Shown: positions 34,022 to 46,385, counted from the whole stretch's first letter. The stretch: 63,513 nucleotides of DNA, filler included, from Lenisia limosa (GCA_001655205.1; 13 parts of 13 records of this genome joined end to end with filler, not necessarily neighbours in it), one strand, 5' to 3'. The notes: generated from the sequence alone by a model not told the origin. Numbers and translations are program-made.

Positions 34022-36415
34022 ATGGACAACTCATTCATGGACCAGGCTGTTGCCGAAAAATTCCAATCTGACATTGGTTTGTTTAGTACTTAAGTGCAGT
34101 CGAATCTAACCTTCGTTTAGATGCTTCTGTTGCACGTGTAGCTGAACTTAAGGCGAATAAAGCTGAAAAAGTTGATGTCAAGGTTGCCGTTGAGCTCATG
34201 AACAAGCTTCGTGTTGATTTTAAAAAGGCTAAGGTTTGGAATGTTAAAATAAATTTTATTAACCGTGACTGTTTAGGATGATGCCCTCAAGGAAGCAATG
34301 AACAACCCGTTTGCCTATCCCATTTTATTTTGATTCCCTTCTTACCTTTTTCTAGTCCTCCTGAAATCAAACAACGGTTTGAAAACATCCGTGGAATTGG
34401 TAAGCCATTGGCCTTTCAATTTTTCAACAGAATTTATGAGTTATTCGTGTTTCTCTTGTGGTTGTTACCATTCCTATTGTTGTGATTTATTGAATTCTAC
34501 TAATAATATATTGATAGATATAACTATCTATACATGATATACACTGTAGCCACTTCTTTTCCCCAGTAATGGAGAATATCAAGTTCCTCACCGTGCAGCT
34601 GAAGAGTGTATTCAGGATGATGACCTTATGAAGCTTCTCCTCAGTGGAAAGGAGCCGCTTGCCTATGATGGTATGTTGTTCTGTTTGTGATTGAACAATT
34701 GTGGCAAATAAAATAACCCTTATATCTGTGTTAACTTGGCAGGTTTTGAGCCTTCCGGTCGCATGCACATTGCCCAGGGCGTGCTCAAGTCTATCAACGT
34801 CAACAAGCTGACTCAGAACGGCTGCAGGTATGCAGGCTGATGGCTTGGGGATATGACTGGGCATTCAGGGAGGATATAAGAAGAAATGAGAGTACCAACC
34901 CACTCTATTTTTAGTAGTTATTGAGTTCTTAGATCTTTATACTCTTTGACTTATTGATTTAGGTTCGTTTTTTGGGTTGCTGACTGGTTCGCTCTCATGA
35001 ACAACAAAATGGGAGGTGACCTTGAGCGCATCAAGACAGTCGGACGTTACATGATTGAGGTGTGTGATGGTTGGAACATGGATTATTCTGGTGGATGGTG
35101 AGCTTTTCTTCGTGGTTCTCTAATTGGCATGATAGGTTTGGAAGTCCACTGGTATGGACATGTCTAAGGTTGACTTCAAGTGGAGCAGTGACGAAATCAA
35201 CAGCAATAGCAACGAGTACTGGCTTATGGTTATGGACATCGCACGCCGCAACAGCCTCAACAGAATCACCAAGTATGCGTTTTGCCTTATCATTCACCAA
35301 TTACCTTGTTACTTGATCGTCAGGTGCTGTCAGATCATGGGACGACTGGAAAACAACCTCTCTGCTGCCCAGATTTTCTACCCTTGCATGCAGTGTGCTG
35401 ATATCTTCTTCCTTAAGGTTCGTCAGTGACGACTTAATTGAATGTACCAATTATGTTTTTTTTTTTGGTGTCTTTTCAAGTTTTAACTTGAATTCAGGCC
35501 GATATCTGCCAGCTTGGTATGGATCAGCGTAAGGTTAACATGCTTGCACGTGAGTATGCTGAAGAGCTCAAGCTGAAGCACAAGCCTGTTATCCTCTCTC
35601 ACCGTGAGTGAATGAATGTGCTTTTCAAAGACCACTCCACGTTCTTTGGTTACTTTATTTAGCCATGATGATGGGTCTTGCCCAAGGTCAAGAAAAGATG
35701 TCCAAATCCGACCCCAACTCTGCCATTTTTATGGAAGACTCTGAGCAGGTTTGTGAAGATTGCACTTGTTTTCTCGAACCTAAGCCAAGTGATTTGCTTT
35801 CCAGCACTTTCGTAATGATAACCGAGCACAAAATTTCTTTAGAGTTGAAGAGTTTTGACACATTTTTTATTGCAATAATTTTCGTTTTTATTATTGTCTC
35901 CCTTCTCTTTGATACACCAGGCTGTGAACAAGAAGATGAAGCAAGCTTTCTGTCCTGTTGGAATTGTTGAAGGTATGATTCATTATTTTTTTTCGTTGGT
36001 TTTATTATTGCTGTTTTTTTTTTACTTCAACGCTTCAGCCAACCCGGTGTTGAATTACTGCAAAATTGTCGTATTTCCTAAGTTTGGAAGTCTCACCATT
36101 CTCCGAAAGGAAGAAAACGGCGGTAACCAGACCTACGAGAGCTACGAGGCTCTTGAGGCTGACTTTGTGGCCGAAAAGCTCCACCCTGGTGAGTGGTTGA
36201 TCACTACTTCTGCAATTCTTCTTAGTGTTCACGGTACAGGTGACTTGAAACCTGCTGTCTCCAAGTCCATCAATGCCATGCTCGACCCTGTTAGGTTTGC
36301 AGGTTAACATTGATACTCTGCACCTCGGGGTTTACAATCTAGACAACACTTCAAGAACGACAAAAACGCCGCCGCCCTTCTCAAGAAGGTCAAGGGCTAC
36401 ACCGTCACCAAGTAA
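34022..36415 (+). CDS. YARS1: Cytosolic tyrosyl-tRNA synthetase (plant/protist type) with N-terminal WHEP-like domain
   Basis: AYDGFEPSGRMHIAQG, WVADWFA, YPCMQCADIFFLKADICQLGMDQRKVN, KMSKSDP, AFCP...NPVLNY, LHPGDLKPAV; about 12 GT-AG introns. Confidence 0.95.
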
Positions 36416-36664
36416 AGCTCGTGTCTTCCTTTTACTATTCATCCCCTGGAGTGCAGAAGCCACTGGCCTGGGCTTTGTTTGTTTTCCACCTTCAGGTGTT
36501 TCTAGCAATAGAGTTGATAGTGAGCTTTTTTTTTTTTGAAAAATTTCCCATTTTACCCCCCCCCCCTCCAAAGAATTTCCAAGAACACAATTCTAGAAAT
36601 AAATAATAATTGTATCATATAGTATATAATAGTATGTACTATACATACTATAATAAATGGTGCG

Positions 36665-37190
36665 TTATTCTCTAACAAGGAACACACTATTTCCTTGAAC
36701 ACCATAAGCAGAAATGATGGTCTTGGAGCCAGCATCCAGAGTAATGGCAATCTAAAGTGTGAGTTTTTAAACAAAATTAAAATACAAATAATGATTACAG
36801 TAACCTTGAAACACTCACCTCTCCTGAAGTCAGGTTATTTCTACATACAGCGTTTGGGTTACCGCCGCTCTGATCCCATCCGAAAATCTTGCTCCTCACA
36901 CATGAGGCTGAAGGTGTTACTCATATTATACAATGTACTTATATAACCCACATCCTCCGAAGAAAACTCCGACGTCAGTTGACTGTATGTAGTTGACTTT
37001 TCCTCCTTCACAGTTGGCATTCAAGGTGGCAGTAAGATCAACCTGGAAAAATAATACATCTTAATATGACACAGTCATAAAAACGAGAGAGGTTCCCCCC
37101 AAACCGGAGTTGCTGAGCTGGACGGTCCTTCTGGAATCTTAGAACTTGAGCAAACGAAAATCTTCTCATCATCTAAGGTTGGTTAGCATT
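36665..37190 (-). CDS. Multi-exon protein of unknown function (C-terminal exons)
   Basis: Exons VDLTATLNANCEGGKVNYIQSTDVGVFFGG, FGWDQSGGNPNAVCRNNLTSGE|gtgagt, IAITLDAGSKTIISAYGVQGNSVFLVRE*. Confidence 0.4.
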
Positions 37191-38339
37191 GGAAACAAAG
37201 TTCACTAAAAGCCCAAAAGGTTGTCAATTATGACGGTCCATACGATTTCCATATAGGGCACAGTAATGTCTCTGTTTTACACCACTTTGTGAAATCATTA
37301 AAATTAATGGAAAGTTAATACCTAGAAAACGACAAAATAAAAATGTTTTCCAATTCTCTTGGAGTTGGCTCAGAAAAGTGCATATTTCTTGCAATATTCC
37401 ACGGAAAAGCGGGCGAAGTTCCAAAAAGCATTGTTTTCGCAATTTAAGTGGACTCCGGCTTTAAGGTGAGGTCCTCTTTTTCTAGAATTCAACAAAGATT
37501 TTGCAGTTGTCTCTTATGTCAATAATAATTACTTTTGTACACTAAACCTCAATCACGAGCCAGGTTTTGGAACTATAATCTGCTTTAATGTGACTCAAAA
37601 AAGTGGGTTGTTAGTATGCTAGAGAAAAGCTGAAAAATTATTAAAAGAGGTTTTACATTTGCGTATGTCTACTCTGCTGGTTTACCAACCAAACCTGTTA
37701 TTGTATTTTCACTCTTAAAAAAAGAGATAATTATTAATAATATTGTCGTATATATCACGAAGTACAAACTATTTCAATTTGGCAAATATAAGCTCGTAGG
37801 ATGGACGTACTCTTGTTTTATTTCTCATCTCTATATGCTGCTCCGCAAAAACCTTGTGATGAATTAATATTTTCAAAATTTGCTTCTTTTTATTTACTTA
37901 AACCTCTTTGTTGTCCTTCTGNNNNNNNNNNNNNNNNNNNNNNNNNNNNNNNNNNNNNNNNNNNNTTAATTAATTAANNNNNNNNNNNNNNNNNNNNNNN
38001 NNNNNNNNNNNNNNNNNNNNNTTCGAAACGAGAGGGGATAATAGTGGTAAATGAAGATGGTTTTAAAGGGCCAGCCACAGTCCCTCACTAACAAAAATAT
38101 CAGAGCAACACAGGGTGAAGTATGATAGTTTTCGTTTCTGCTAACCCTACGTATGTTTCTTCTTGTAACCTAAGATTGGTTTCGAGGACTAATTACTAGC
38201 CATAGCATGATGCTGTCTATAATATCATATTCTTACTTCAAGCAAAGTTTGATAAAAGAGAAGTCTTGGGAACTATACCTTGGTCTAGTCTTTATTTTGC
38301 CCAATTTTTATTGATTTTCTTGAGGTTGATTTCAACAGG

Positions 38340-38785
38340 GTGTTCACTACATGCACCTTTGAAGGACAGTCTGTTGGAGTTTGTTGGGTGTCCAACATGC
38401 AAGCACGACCCTAATGGATTGGGTTGGATTGTTGCCATGTAGGAAACGTCGGCAAAGCCGGGGCCCGCCTTTCACCCCAGTGGAACACGCACGGTATGAG
38501 GGTGTTTCATATTTGAGACCTTCTGATCAGAGTTTAAGGGTGAACCTAGAAGACCGTACGTTCATGCCTGACGTCAAGCTGAGACGAGCCTTGAAGTCTG
38601 TGATCAAGGAGGAAGGCTACGATGACACCTCTTTGAAGAAACTACTGGATTTAACCCAAAAAGGCAATACCCCGATCAATCGTCCCAGCGATATCCCATT
38701 GCCCAGAGATGGTTCCGCATTCTGCGTGCAAATGCGAACCTGTAGTGTCGTTTACCCCTTCACACTATGCTGCTTCTTCATATGA
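38340..38785 (+). CDS. Hypothetical protein, C-terminal exons
   Basis: Open coding-like exon ...DVKLRRALKSVIKEEGYDDTSLKKLL... with upstream GT-AG-bounded pieces; no family recognised. Confidence 0.3.
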
Positions 38786-38829
38786 AAAATTCAGACAAAA
38801 AAGAAACAAAAAAAAAAGACAAAAAGAAT

Positions 38830-38902
38830 TGCCCACTGTCGGGCTCGAACCGACGGCCGCCAGTTTATTAGACTGGCGCTCTACCGACTGAGCTAAACGG
38901 GC
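38830..38902 (-). tRNA. tRNA-Ile (anticodon AAT), intronless
   Basis: Reverse complement GCCCGTT TA GCTC AGTCGGTA GAGC G CCAGT CT-AAT-AA ACTGG CGGCC GTCGG TTCGAGC CCGAC AGTGGGC A folds as a cloverleaf, followed by oligo-T Pol III terminator runs. Confidence 0.95.
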
Positions 38903-39135
38903 AGACAGAAAAGAGTCAGCCAATTTCAAAGCCATGATTGAACAGATTTTCGAAAAATAAATCCATTTTTAATGGGCACAAACGAAAACCCAAATATGGT
39001 AACTTCAGTACAGTTCCAGTTTATTCCTTATCGAAGTTTCTTTATACACATAAAAACTTTCATACTGCAAAAAATTAGGTTAATTTGGATAACTCAGGCG
39101 AGTTATACGCAAAAAGTTACAAACTAGCAAAATAA

Positions 39136-41540
39136 TTAGTAATAAGGTTGTTGAGTGTGAAAAGTGCAGAAACTAAAGAGTAGTTGTGTGTGTAAGGTGT
39201 AAAACGTCAGAGTCACAAGCAACACTATTATAGTATTATTATGATATAGTGGGAGACAAATCGCGATACCCCCCAGGGACCAACCAAATTTGACGCTGAT
39301 GGGGGGCGTAGAGGGCGTCCAATGACATTCACCGCCACCAGCCCGGCCTGCGGGTGAAATTGGACAATTTATCAAACCAAAATCAGCTCTGTTGACTGAC
39401 AACACACAAGGGTTGAAAACAACAAATCAAACAAATCCCAAGCCAGTCGCTTCAAAAGCACAGCACCGCATCTCATCACTCCAGCGAGGAAGGAAATATC
39501 GGCTCAGGGTATATATATATGTACATTACGAACAGAATAATCTAAAACTCGAAATAAAAAATAACAAAACAAAAACAAGCCACCAATAGACAAACCCAGT
39601 AATTGAGATGAGAAATAAAACTAGACTGTATGTATCTATCTGCGAAGCCGTCCACACCATCACACTTAAAATACGACTATTATTAATTCACCCAATGCAC
39701 ACCTTTGTGCGTGCCTCCCCGGCAAACCTGGTTATAGAGATTGTAACTATTGATGTGGCAGTCCACCAACGAGAGCTTCACAAATCGACCTAATGGTGTG
39801 ACCATATTTAAACTTGAATCTAGGGATGGTAACTTCAATAATGACCCCCTCTCCTTCCCCTAAAATGTATTCTTTTTGTTTCATAACAGCTCCATATATC
39901 CCCCCCCCCCCCNNNNNNNNNNNNNNNNNNNNNNNNNNNNNNNNNNNNNNNNNNNNNNNNNNNNNNNNNNNNNNNNNNNNNNNNNNNNNNNNNNNNNNNN
40001 NNNNNNNNNNNNNNNNNNNNNNNNNNNNNNNNNNNNNNNNNNNNNNNNNNNNNNNNNNNNNNNNNNNNNNNNNNNNNNNNNNNNNNNNNNNNNNNNNNNN
40101 NNNNNNNNNNNNNNNNNNNNNNNNNNNNNNNNNNNNNNNNNNNNNNNNNNNNNNNNNNNNNNNNNNNNNNNNNNNNNNNNNNNNNNNNNNNNTCAAGGAT
40201 TTATCAATGATTTATCGAGGATTTATTAGGTTTCATTTCGCCTTCTGCCCCCTCCCCCTACCCGATAGGTATCAGTTCAGCTGTGTCAATGGAGTCGCCT
40301 TCACCACCACCAATAAAAATGGCCACTTTCCTCGGGATGCAAGACTCATGCGCCATAATCTGGAAATAGTGACTTTATGAGATCGTTACTTCGGTTCGAA
40401 AAATGAATAAATATCTTGACAAATCCCAGTCGCCAATTATCTACCCCCCCCCCTACTTGGATTCTTTGGATTCTTGACACTCCTCCCGATAATTCCATAA
40501 AAACATTCTGGGGGTAGTCTCCAAGTCTGGGTGGAAGAGTAAAATTGGAAAATTAATGAAACAAAAAAAAAAAGCCAAAATCAACTCTGTTGGTTGACAA
40601 CACACGAGAGTTGATAATAAAAAAACAAAGCCCAGGCCAGTNNNNNNNNNNNNNNNNNNNNNNNNNNNNNNNNNNNNNNNNNNNNNNNNNNNNNNNNNNN
40701 NNNNNNNNTTGACTAGCCTGAGCAATAAAACAAGGTTGCATCTGGCAGAAGCCGTACACCATGACGCTTATAAGAGATATTGGATAATAGTATCTGGTCG
40801 AAGCCGAACACCATCACGCTTATCAGAGATTGGATAATAGTATAATACGTAGAAATGAAAAAAAAAGAAATTCATATCTGTTTTACTTGTAGCCCTGGAT
40901 TACACTGTAATACCTAAACTGAAGAATGCCATAGCAGTCGATTTTTATTGTATTTTTTGTGCACAAAGACTAAAATAGACTTCCAAAACACTCCTAAAAG
41001 TAAAATTCAATGATTTTTCTTGCTCTAAAAAGAATACTATGTAGGTTTGGGGGAGGGGGTTAATGCATGTGGAGTGCTTTAAAGTCCCAATACGTACCTA
41101 GGAGTAAGCCAGCCCTTTGACGAAGGAGTGGGCTTTAGCAGCTCCGAGACCGGGTAGGACGGGTCCTGTCCGGAGACTTGTCGGACCTTTAATGATAAGA
41201 TGTACGTGAACGATGATGTTATTGGGCATATTATATGGGTGAACGATTACACGCGATAAATTATGATGTTGTCAGGTCTTATACGGGTAATAGGGTAAAC
41301 GACGATGTAATTGAACATATTATATGTTTATGTTATGTATTTATGTGTTTCCCAAGATTGTAAAGTGATATATATACCATATAATTTGTTTTCGAAAAAG
41401 AGCCCACCTTGAAGTCCAGTCTCTGCATGATTGCTTCACCTCCCTCAGGTCCGTCCGAGTTTTACTCCTTTTGTACTCCCGACAGTGGTTAACAACTAGA
41501 GTGCCTCTGGTTGGTTCAGCGGGGCTGTGCTATGTCTACA
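39136..41540 (-). CDS. CEP104: CEP104 N-terminal (jelly-roll) domain protein; further 5' exons probably extend to ~42750
   Basis: DWTSR/LGDYPQNVFMELSGGVSRIQRIQ/IMAHESCIPRKVAIFIG...IPIG/...GRFVKLSLVDCHINSYNLYNQ/AGLVAVNVIG. This parallels CEP104 GWRSPRFCQFPQEI...LQLLAHQYMISSKIE...GQFLKL..H.N..N.YNQVALVAINIIG. Confidence 0.7.
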
Positions 41541-43172
41541 CCAGATAAGTTGTGCGGGTGAAATTTATAAAATAGAAGTGAGAAATTAAACAAGGTTTTA
41601 TCTGGTCGAAGCCCCACNNNNNNNNNNNNNNNNNNNNNNNNNNNNNNNNNNNNNNNNNNNNNNNNNNNNNNNNNNNNNNNNNNNNNNNNNNNNNNNNNNN
41701 NNNNNNNNNNNNNNNNNNNNNNNNNNNNNNNNNNNNNNNNNNNNNNNNNNNNNNNNNNNNNNNNNNNNNNNNNNNNNNNNNNNNNNACATTTGCGAGTAT
41801 GAAAGGGGGGTGAGTTCTCAAGGGGAAGAGCACCTATAGTGGCCTTGGTAAGTCTCGATTGTTCTTAAGGGAAATCAGATTATATCGTTCAAGGCTTACC
41901 ATGGTCACTGGATATGAAATCCAATTCACATCGGACAGAGCTTAGTAATGTATATGAAGGTTGGAGGCAATTAAAAGAAAGGGAACGATGATATTCGGCA
42001 AAAGAAGGAACTTATAACAAGGAATGAAAGCGGTCGTTGTCAAAAACTATGTTCATCAAGTCCATCAATAGCAGATTTTGCTCCCATAGACAACGCGGCT
42101 GTGAAAGAAGAAGCCCACAAACCAAAACAAATGACAGGATCGCGAGCTACATTGTCACCTCCTTCACGTTGTTGCCTGTTGTGAAGTCTAATTTAACTGT
42201 AAAGCCGTTAGAAGACCAAGAGGAGAGTTGTGCAGGGCTTAGAGGGCCGGGGTAAGCAAAGGAAATTCGGAATGCCTCAATGTGGCGTTATTTTTGAACA
42301 ACTCCCAGTTTTAGCGGAACAAGAGAACAACAATATACAGAGTTTCACAAAAACTTGACAAAAACGATCTCACAATAATATATTTAAATTTCTCTAAAAC
42401 TTAGGGGTTCGAAAGACCAAACTGAGACCAAACTAAAATATTTTTCTATTTTTTCCGTGGCAACATGGTGAGTGAGGCTGGAAACAACCTTGGTTCTTGT
42501 GGTTCACAGTCCCTCAGTTACGTCTTTATTACACTCTCACCAGGATCATAAGACAGGATTGATTTTTAGAACACACAAGGTGAGGGCTATCTCCATCTAG
42601 CATTGGAACTTACCCGCTTTAATGTCTTCATCCCGGAATAAATCCAGTTTAAAACACAAGATCGTACAATTACATAACAATAAAACAACTACTGTGCAAG
42701 GTGGACCAATTGGGCAAGAGGAGACGTGAGCAGTTCGGGTGTGAAGGACTAAAGCCATATGAGGTAAATAAGAGTAAAGGGGGCGGGGGGGAAGGAGGAC
42801 AAATAACGTTTTGAAGGGAAGAGAATAATAAATCAATCCAAGACGGGGGTGTAAAATTGGAAAATTTATGAAACAAAAAAAAACCCAAAGTCAACTCTGC
42901 TGGCTGACAACACACAAGGGTTGATAACAACANNNNNNNNNNNNNNNNNNNNNNNNNNNNNNNNNNNNNNNNNNNNTTAATTAATTAANNNNNNNNNNNN
43001 NNNNNNNNNNNNNNNNNNNNNNNNNNNNNNNNTTCGTTAGCATTGTGCGTTGTTTGGAGTTACATTCAATTTAAAACTCTTGATTATATCTTTTACCAAT
43101 ATTCATTTTCTACTTTTGATTAAATCTTTTACCAATACTCTTGATATCCTGGATTGTTGTTCACCCCTCCAG

Positions 43173-46094
43173 GCTAACGGAGCTCTGTTTTGAGAAGTTC
43201 AACCACCCCGCCGCCTTCCTTGCCCGGTCAGCCATGCTCGTGGCCTTCAGCTACGGCAAACAGTCCGGCCTGGTACTGGACTCTGGCGCCTCACACACCC
43301 AGGCTGTTCCAGTCATCGACGGTTACCCCTTGATCAAGAGTGGGGGATGGGTTTTCCGGAGGTTTTTAAGAACAAGAATATAAGTGTATCAATTAATTAA
43401 GGAAGAACAATACAAATACACATTCTTCCGTAGGTGGCATATCGCACATGCTGGGGAGGTACGCAGAAAACTATGTGCACAGAGTTGTAAGGCAGATGAT
43501 TGAGTGAATTGATATTTTTCTATAATTCAATATCTCTTATAAGCGTGATGGTGNNNNNNNNNNNNNNNNNNNNNNNNNNNNNNNNNNNNNNNNNNNNNNN
43601 NNNNNNNNNNNNNNNNNNNNNNNNNNNNNNNNNNNNNNNNNNNNNNNNNNNNNNNNNNNNNNNNNNNNNNNNNNNNNNNNNNNNNNNNNNNNNNNNNNNN
43701 NNNNNNNNNNNNNNNNNNNNNNNNNNNNNNNNNNNNNNNNNNNNNNNNNNNNNNNCGAAATGCTGAGAGTTGAAATGGAAAACAACGGGGTGGAGTTCAA
43801 GCCCCGCTATTCCTACAAGAAGGTGTTCGAAGCCGTACGGGGGAGGGGGAAGTAAAATTGGAAAATTTATGAAACAAAAAGTAAAACAGATGGAGCTGTT
43901 GCGGCGAGGTTGGGCAGGGGGAGCTATACACACACACATAGATAAACATTCTCAACCTTTTTGTGCCCNNNNNNNNNNNNNNNNNNNNNNNNNNNNNNNN
44001 NNNNNNNNNNNNNNNNNNNNNNNNNNNNNNNNNNNNNNNNNNNNNNNNNNNNNNNNNNNNNNNNNNNNNNNNNNNNNNNNNNNNNNNNNNNNNNNNNNNN
44101 NNNNNNNNNNNNNNNNNNNNNNNNNNNNNNNNNNNNNNNNNNNNNNNNNNNNNNNNNNNNNNNNNNNNNNNNNNNNNNNNNTCACCGAATCCTATAAGAC
44201 CTGGGCTGTTAATGTGGGGGGTAAAATCCTCTAAGACCTGGGCTGTTAATGTGGGGGTCCAATGTGTAATTGTCAGACAATATATGATAGTGACCGTAAT
44301 AAAGTCTTGACTGATTTGCTATATGATTTTCCAATGAAAATCGGTCAGACTAATCCCGGTCCCTATATAGATGTATAATGTAGTGCTATTATTGTTTTTT
44401 TTTGTGTAGGTAAAGTTTGAAATATAAAAGCGGTAAATCCAGTCAAATAGAGTACATTTGTTCAAAAAATTACGAGGAACAGCCCAACATTGACATATCT
44501 ACCATTTTCAAATCCACCATTCAAATATCTTCCACCATTTATGTATTTAAGAAGGATAATTAATACACTCACATTTCCATTTACGGCCCAGGATTTGGCA
44601 AAGGAAATGAAGGAAAGTGTTTTGGTTGTTCCCGAATCTGATGAGCTGAGATTGTGGGAGGGGGGATATAATAGAGCAATAAGAAATACAAAAATAAAGA
44701 TCGAAGCTGTCCANNNNNNNNNNNNNNNNNNNNNNNNNNNNNNNNNNNNNNNNNNNNNNCTTCCCTGATTTGCTTATTAGTAATACAGCTGCACTGGTAT
44801 TCCTGATAGCCAGCACGACCAACAAATATTCGTATCTTGCACTAACCCTTGTTAACCCAGGGTATATCGAGGATTTATTGAGCATTTATTGAGTTTCGGG
44901 ATCATTGTCTGACATTGGCAGTACTACTGCCACATATAATATTCGTGTATTTCACTATCACTTGTTAACCCATCATTGTCTCTGACAATGGCAGTACTAC
45001 TGGCCAGGCTGTGAACTACTCACTCCCGGACGGACAAACAATCACCATCGGAGCCTCCAGGTGGGGTAACTAATGTGATGTGTTTGAAGGGGATATGGGG
45101 TGAGTGTGTTATGGAGAAATTGGTGAAGCCTTCCTTTCTATTTACTGATGTTTTGGAAAATGGTGCTGCTGTATATGTTAGGAAATAATTTTTCTTCTGT
45201 TGTTAAATTTCTTGGTGTTTTATTACGCATATGTGGCGAGATGTTAAAATGTGGGGCTCTCAACCTTCAGATTCCGGATGGCTGATACGATGTTTTCGTC
45301 AAAGCACCTGCCACCCAGCCTATCAGCTCACCAATATTGTATTGGGGGGGGGGGGTCACTNNNNNNNNNNNNNNNNNNNNNNNNNNNNNNNNNNNNNNNN
45401 NNNNNNNNNNNNNNNNNNNNNNNNNNNNNNNNNNNNNNNNNNNNNNNNNCCCAATTCCCCTTAGTCACGCGCGCTGGGGTGAATGGATGCGGAGCTACAG
45501 AAGCGACTGGCAACCCTCGTGTGTTGTCAGCCAATAGAGTTGAATTATGGCTTTTTTTGTTTCATAAATATTCCAATTTTACCCCCCTCAGTCCCACTGG
45601 CGAACATGGCGGTGACAGCGATCGAAAAGACGCACCCAGATGTGCGGAAAGAGCTGCTAAACAACATCATTATTTCGGGTATGAGAGTGTTTTGACTGTT
45701 ATTATGACTATTATCATGACTATTGTCATGACATCTTCCTTCTTTCTTTTAACTAGGGTTTCACTTGGGTTCAAAAAAGAGCATTAAAATATAGATAGCT
45801 TTCGAGGATTTGTCTAGAAATTTCATCTTTTTTTGAACCAAACTTCGAACACATATCACATGTGATCTATTGTTGATATCTTGGTTTTGCTCTCTTCCGT
45901 TACCCTCCCTCCTCCTCTTAATATATTCAAGGCCCTCATATACATGAGTTTTTAGTGTCAAGCTGAGTTTGATTTTTTTTTACTCACAACCTTCTTTGCC
46001 CTAATCCGTTACTTTCAACCGTCTTTACCCTAATCCTTGGTACAGGTGGCAACTCCCTCTTCTTGGGCTTTGTTGAAAGATTCAAGCGTGAAGT
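43173..46094 (+). CDS. ARP4: Nuclear actin-related protein ARP4/BAF53 (ACTL6-like), partial
   Basis: [90 protein letters not shown]; the 'F...GK.SGLV.DSGA..T.A.PV.DGY' pattern is ARP4-like. Confidence 0.8.
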
Positions 46095-46385
46095 NNNNNN
46101 NNNNNNNNNNNNNNNNNNNNNNNNNNNNNNNNNNNNNNTTAATTAATTAANNNNNNNNNNNNNNNNNNNNNNNNNNNNNNNNNNNNNNNNNNNNTGTCAG
46201 AGATCTGTCAGAGATCTGGGGATCTTCAAAATCCCCAGGTCTGTGGCCCCCTGCGCTGACCCTCTCTCCAGCCTCTGCCTCTCTCAGCTCTCAGCTCCTC
46301 ACAGGCTCCTCTCATAACATAAAAAATCTACTACTTTAAGCAGGGCCGCCAACGTGATTCTAATATTATTATCAATTAATTGAGA

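Noticed and set aside
39470-39490. Family A as a C/D-box snoRNA (GTGATGA box C in one copy)
   Set aside because: Box C is not conserved in other copies and there is no terminal CTGA box D. No Pol III A/B boxes for a tRNA-derived SINE either.
42465-42580. Plus-strand ATG|GTGAGT as the start of ARP4
   Set aside because: It lies in a different assembly segment, encodes nothing actin-like, and minus-strand splice sites plus a minus-strand A copy fit better.
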